Assembly: GCA_965203905.1 (NCBI GenBank)
Contig: CBDBDQ010000005.1
Coordinates: 4,640,001 to 4,704,000 of the forward strand
Reading direction: 5' to 3'
Origin: Spirochaetia bacterium
Lineage (GTDB): Bacteria; Spirochaetota; Spirochaetia; SZUA-6; Bin103
Length of the DNA: 64,000 nt
Shown here: piece after piece, positions 59,601-64,000 of the stretch
How positions within the stretch are numbered: position 1 is the stretch's first letter
Layout: each line of letters begins with the position of its first letter
The notes under the pieces: model-generated
What the model was told of the DNA's origin: nothing
Seen by the model: only the letters and a program-made list of their open reading frames with translations
Database searches by the model: none
Made by a program: the position numbers and the translations under genes

Positions 59601-61466
59601 ATGATGGACGTTCCGCCCCGCCTGCAGGCGAACCTGCGGCATCTTTACGGGGCAGGCGCCGATGCGGCGCTGGCGGAGCTGCACCAACTGTGGGCGTGCC
59701 ACGGGTTGGCTGCGGCGCCGCAGGCGGCCGGGACGGAGCTGGGGGCGCCGGGCGCTGCGGCGGCGATGCCGGGCGCCGGCGACGTGGCACTGATCGCTTA
59801 CGCCGACTCGATCCGCGGCACTGCGGGCGCGCCGCTGGAAGCGCTGCGGCGGTTCGTCGAGCGTTACCTGGCGCGAACCATCAACACGCTGCATCTGCTG
59901 CCGTTCTTCCCTTGGGACACGGACCGCGGCTTCTCGGTCCAGGACTACCGCGCGGTCGACCCGCGCAACGGCACCTGGGCCGACATCGAGGCGCTGGCGG
60001 CGGAGTTCAGCCACCTGATGGTCGACCTGGTGATCAATCACGCCTCGCTGGACAACCCGCTGGTGCAGGGGGCGCTGACCGGCGACCCGCGCTACCGCGA
60101 CTTCGTGATCCGGTACGACGACGGCGCCCAGCCGGATGCGGCGGCGCTGGCGCAGCTCACCCGGCCGCGGCCGGACCCGGTATTGACCCGATATTACGTT
60201 GTAGCCACGGATGGCCGCAAAGGTGCGACGTTCGATCCGGACTCCGAGTCTGCCGCCGCCACCGGGGGTTGGGTCTGGACCACCTTCTCGCGCCCGCCCA
60301 ATGCCGACGGCAGCGCCGCCACCCGGCAGGTCGACCTCAACTTTCGCAACCCGCGGGTGCTGCTGGAGATGCTGGAGGTGCTGCTGTGCTATCGCGAGCA
60401 CGGCGCCGACTGGGTGCGGCTGGATGCGGCCGGCTACATGTGGAAGGAGTTGGGCACGCCGAGCATCCATCATCCCAACACCCACCGCCTGCTGCAGGTG
60501 CTGCGCGACGCGCTGGCCGGCCGCGCGGAGCTGGTGAGCGTGGCGGAGGTGAACGAGCCGCAGGACACGGTGCTGCCGTACCTCGGAAGCGCCGACGCAG
60601 GGGTGGAGTCCGACCTGGCATACCAGTTCGCGCACTTCCCGCTGGCGGTGCACGCGCTGCACTCCGGCGACGCGCGCCACTACAAGCGCTGGCTCGGAAC
60701 CCTGGAGCCGTTCGCGGGACGCCAGTTCATCACGGTGTTCGGCAGCCACGACGGCATGGGCCGCAAACCGGTGCTCGGGCTGTTGCCGGACGAGGACCTG
60801 GAGCGGATGGTGCAGGATCTGGTCGCCCGCCACGGCGCGCTGCCCAACTATGCACGGCAGGCCGGCGGCGGGCGCATCATCTACGAGCTGTGCGCCACTC
60901 CGTGGAGCCTGATCAATCGCGCGGATGCGGATGAACCGCTCCAGATCCAGGTCGATCGCTACACGGCCTGCGCGGCGCTCGGCCTGGTGCTGCGCGGAGT
61001 GCCGGCGTTCTACATCAACGGACTGCTCGGCGTTCCCAACCGGCTCGATCGGCGGCAACTGGACGAGAACCGCTCGATCAACCGCGAGCAGTTCGACGAG
61101 ACGGCGCTATACGCGGAGCTGGACGAGCGCGGCAACCAGATGCGGCTGGTGCTGGAGCGGCTCCTGCACCTGATTGCGCTGCGCACACGGGAGCCGGCGT
61201 TCGCACCCGGCGGTCCACCGCTGGAAGTGCTCGACAGTCCGGACCCGGTCGTCGCGGTCGTCGCCGCCGGCGGCGGACGCCGCGTGCTGGCCGTGACCAA
61301 CGTCTCGGGGCTGCCGCAGCGGCTGCGCCTGGAGCGCGCCCTGTTCCCGGTTCGAAACCGCGTACGCGAGTTGATCACCGGGGTGGAAGTGCCCGTGCCT
61401 GAGGCCGCGCCGTGGGAGCTGTCGCTGGCTGCCTACGAAGTGCGCTGGCTCGCCGCCACCCGATGA
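59601..61466 (+). CDS. GH13 sucrose phosphorylase-family glycoside phosphorylase
   Basis: HLLPFFP..DRGF, DLVINHAS, WTTFS..QVDLN, RLDAAGYMWK, AEVNE, SHDGMG. Confidence 0.88.
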   Translation: MMDVPPRLQANLRHLYGAGADAALAELHQLWACHGLAAAPQAAGTELGAPGAAAAMPGAGDVALIAYADSIRGTAGAPLEALRRFVERYLARTINTLHLLPFFPWDTDRGFSVQDYRAVDPRNGTWADIEALAAEFSHLMVDLVINHASLDNPLVQGALTGDPRYRDFVIRYDDGAQPDAAALAQLTRPRPDPVLTRYYVVATDGRKGATFDPDSESAAATGGWVWTTFSRPPNADGSAATRQVDLNFRNPRVLLEMLEVLLCYREHGADWVRLDAAGYMWKELGTPSIHHPNTHRLLQVLRDALAGRAELVSVAEVNEPQDTVLPYLGSADAGVESDLAYQFAHFPLAVHALHSGDARHYKRWLGTLEPFAGRQFITVFGSHDGMGRKPVLGLLPDEDLERMVQDLVARHGALPNYARQAGGGRIIYELCATPWSLINRADADEPLQIQVDRYTACAALGLVLRGVPAFYINGLLGVPNRLDRRQLDENRSINREQFDETALYAELDERGNQMRLVLERLLHLIALRTREPAFAPGGPPLEVLDSPDPVVAVVAAGGGRRVLAVTNVSGLPQRLRLERALFPVRNRVRELITGVEVPVPEAAPWELSLAAYEVRWLAATR

Positions 61467-61514
61467 TCGGGTTCGCCGTTGACCCGGCTGAGCGGAGCGG
61501 CGACAATCGCTGCC

Positions 61515-63542
61515 ATGAACACACTTCGATTCCGGCTGCCAGTGGTAGCCCTGGCCATCACTGTCAGCGCCACGGCATGGGCCGGTGGCAGCGAAGAGCA
61601 GGGCGGCGCGACCGCCGCCGAGAGCGCCACCCCCGCCGCCGCGGCCGCCGCGACCGCCATGGCCGCGGGCGACGGCCCGCGCATCTGGGCCACGCTGGCG
61701 GTCTACGAGTCGGACACCGGCAACCGCATCAGCAGCATCAGCGAGTCGCCGATGCTGGCGGCGCGCGTCAGCTCCGGCGACCTGCCGCCGGTGGAGGAAC
61801 GCGTCTCCGAGGAGCCGATGGTGATCCAGCCGTATGCCGAAATCGGCCGCTACGGCGGCACCCTGCGCGGCAAGTCGGTGCGTCCTGCCGGAGACAACGA
61901 CATCGAGTTCATGCGCGGACAGCCGATGCTGCGCGTGTCACCCGACCTCACCGACCTGCTTCCCAACATCGCCAAGGGATGGGAGTTCAACGCCGACAAG
62001 ACCAGCCTGACGGTGTATCTGCGCGCCGGCGCGCGCTGGAGCGACGGGGCTCCGTTCACCACCGACGACATCATGTTCTGGTACCAGGACATGATCCTCA
62101 ACGACAAGATCAGTCCCTCCAAGCCGGGCTGGATGCTGCTGGACGGGGAGATCATCAAGGCCACCAAAGTGGACGACACCACGGTGCGGTTCGACTTCAG
62201 CAAGCCCTACCCGCCGATGCTCAGCGTGCTCGCCACCCTGATCAACGTGCCGGTGTTCGCCCCGCGCCACTACGTGTCGCGCTGGCACGCCGATCACAAC
62301 GACGAGGCGGAGGCCCTGGCCAAGGAGGAAGGGTTCGACAACTGGTGGAGCGCGTTCCTGTTCCACAACCCGACCCGCCTCGGGGCGCGCAAGGAAGCCG
62401 AGCTGCCGGTGATGAACACCTGGATGCTGGAACGCATCGACAGCGCCAACAACCGCTACTTCGTGCGCAACCCCTACTACTGGAAGATCGATACCGCCGG
62501 CAATCAGCTTCCCTACATCGACGAGCACATCGCGGTGTTCGTCGAGGACGTGGAAGTGCTGGTGCTGAAGGAAATCGCCGGCGAGATCGACTACTCGGGA
62601 ACCTGGCATCGCATGGACAACGTGCCCCTGTACCGTGAGAACGAAGCTGCCGGCGGCTTCCGGGTGCTGGTCTGGCGCGCCCCGCGCAACACCCATCCGA
62701 TCATCCTCAACTCGCTGCACAAGGACCCGGTGCTGCGCGACATCTTCAACGACATCCGCTTCCGCCAGGCGCTTTCGCTGAGCATCAATCGCGACGAGCT
62801 CAATGAGACCTTCTTCTTCGGCCTGGCGACGCCGCGCAACTACCACGTGGCGCCGTTCAGCAGCCTGTTCGAGCAGTGGATGGCCGATTACTTCATCGAG
62901 TACGACCCCGACCGCGCCAACGGCCTGCTCGACGAGATGGGCCTGCAGTGGGACGGTGACCGCAAGTACCGGCTGCGGCCGGACGGCGAGACCCTGACCG
63001 TCATCATCGACCACATCAAGCGCGCCGCGCGCGACGCCGCCGTGTTCAAGGAGTACTTCGAGGCGCTCGGCATCCGCACCATCATCAAGGAGGAGGAGCC
63101 GTCGCTGATCAACGCCCGGCGCCGCGCCAACGAGCACGACCTGGTGTGGCGGGAGAAGGCCGAGATCAACGAGTTGAACATGCGCACCCGGTTCGGCGGA
63201 CCGTTCGCCTTTCCCACCTTCGACACCCACCTGCCGTGGTACCAGTGGCACGTCAGCGGCGGCCAGGAGGGCGTCGAGCCGCCCGAGGACGTCAAGGAAC
63301 TGTTCCGGCTGGTGGAGGAGTGGCTGACGACCGAGCCCAACAGCGACGCCTACGTGGAGCTGGGCAAGCAGATTCTGGAGATCAACACGCGCAACCTGTG
63401 GACCATTACCGCGCTCGGCATCGAGCCGTACCCGGTGCTGTTCAAGGCCACGCTGCGCAACACGCCGGAGCAGGCGCTGTGGGACTGGCCCTACCGGTTC
63501 TGGATGCCCTACATGCCGGAACAGTGGTTCTACAGCGAATAG
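61515..63542 (+). CDS. ABC transporter substrate-binding protein (family 5)
   Basis: Signal peptide, ESPML...LPPVEER, YGGTL, WSDGAPFTTDD, RNPYYWKIDTAGNQLPYID. Confidence 0.93.
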   Translation: MNTLRFRLPVVALAITVSATAWAGGSEEQGGATAAESATPAAAAAATAMAAGDGPRIWATLAVYESDTGNRISSISESPMLAARVSSGDLPPVEERVSEEPMVIQPYAEIGRYGGTLRGKSVRPAGDNDIEFMRGQPMLRVSPDLTDLLPNIAKGWEFNADKTSLTVYLRAGARWSDGAPFTTDDIMFWYQDMILNDKISPSKPGWMLLDGEIIKATKVDDTTVRFDFSKPYPPMLSVLATLINVPVFAPRHYVSRWHADHNDEAEALAKEEGFDNWWSAFLFHNPTRLGARKEAELPVMNTWMLERIDSANNRYFVRNPYYWKIDTAGNQLPYIDEHIAVFVEDVEVLVLKEIAGEIDYSGTWHRMDNVPLYRENEAAGGFRVLVWRAPRNTHPIILNSLHKDPVLRDIFNDIRFRQALSLSINRDELNETFFFGLATPRNYHVAPFSSLFEQWMADYFIEYDPDRANGLLDEMGLQWDGDRKYRLRPDGETLTVIIDHIKRAARDAAVFKEYFEALGIRTIIKEEEPSLINARRRANEHDLVWREKAEINELNMRTRFGGPFAFPTFDTHLPWYQWHVSGGQEGVEPPEDVKELFRLVEEWLTTEPNSDAYVELGKQILEINTRNLWTITALGIEPYPVLFKATLRNTPEQALWDWPYRFWMPYMPEQWFYSE

Positions 63543-63682
63543 CGCCCCGAGACCGTCGCCTGCCGCGCCGGTCGCGGCCGGTCCGGTCCGGTTTGCCGGG
63601 ACCTCGTCGGCGTGAACCCGGCAAGCTCCTGACGCCGGTCTAACCGTGGGGTGGGGGAGTCCGCCTCCGCCCCGCATACCGC

Positions 63683-64000
63683 ATGCTCGACTACATCGCG
63701 CGCCGCGGGCTGTTCACGCTGATGCTGCTGGTGCTGGTGTCGGTGGTCTCCTTCGTCATCATCCAGCTTCCGCCGGGCGATTACCTGTCCACCTACATCA
63801 TGGCCCTGCAGGAGCAGGGCGAGGACGTTTCCGAGGCGCAGATCGAGTCGCTGCGCGCCCACTACGGCCTGGGGCTGCCGATCTACGTGCAGTACTTCAA
63901 GTGGATGTGGGGCGTGCTGCGCGGCAACTTCGGCGTCTCCTTCGAGTGGAACCAGCCGGTGGCGTCGCTCATCGGCGAGCGCCTGGCCCTGACCCTGACG
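63683..64000 (+). CDS. ABC transporter permease (OppB/DppB type), 3' end outside window
   Basis: MLDYIARR...IIQLPPGDY...YGLGLPIYVQYFKW...GNFGVSF. Confidence 0.9.
   Translation, partial: MLDYIARRGLFTLMLLVLVSVVSFVIIQLPPGDYLSTYIMALQEQGEDVSEAQIESLRAHYGLGLPIYVQYFKWMWGVLRGNFGVSFEWNQPVASLIGERLALTLT

Noticed and set aside
1-64000. CRISPR array or rRNA
   Set aside because: No regularly spaced repeats with unique spacers, no cas genes and no rRNA-like sequence seen.

Overview
GC-rich bacterial window. The 'WAGGSEE' style N-terminus of the binding protein suggests a Spirochaetaceae-like organism (inference only). Most of it is catabolic and transport genes: peptide/sugar ABC transporters, amidohydrolases, enolase-family dehydratases, GH20, GH13, a sulfatase and dehydrogenases. 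Three things stand out. (1) Two copies of a ~2.2-kb element with no recognisable transposase (27874-32278 +, 57227-59395 -). Each has imperfect terminal inverted repeats, a 9-10-bp target duplication, a conserved ~430-nt non-coding leader and one DUF222-like/HNH gene. In both, the duplication ends exactly 9 nt before a perfect TTGACA -35 box, in the same orientation. (2) A complete selenocysteine system (selC, selD, selA, selB) plus three in-frame-UGA selenoprotein genes missed by the ORF track (SelD, a fused UxxC/UGSC-type protein, an OsmC-like protein), each with a SECIS-like hairpin. (3) An IS66-type element carrying a DUF4338 gene, nested in the first HNH element. Also present: four toxin-antitoxin loci, a sigma54 PDZ/two-component unit, an S8 protease with an apparent C-terminal prodomain, a SLATT-like gene, a candidate sRNA and several internally deleted genes. 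All family calls are from motif recognition, not database searches.
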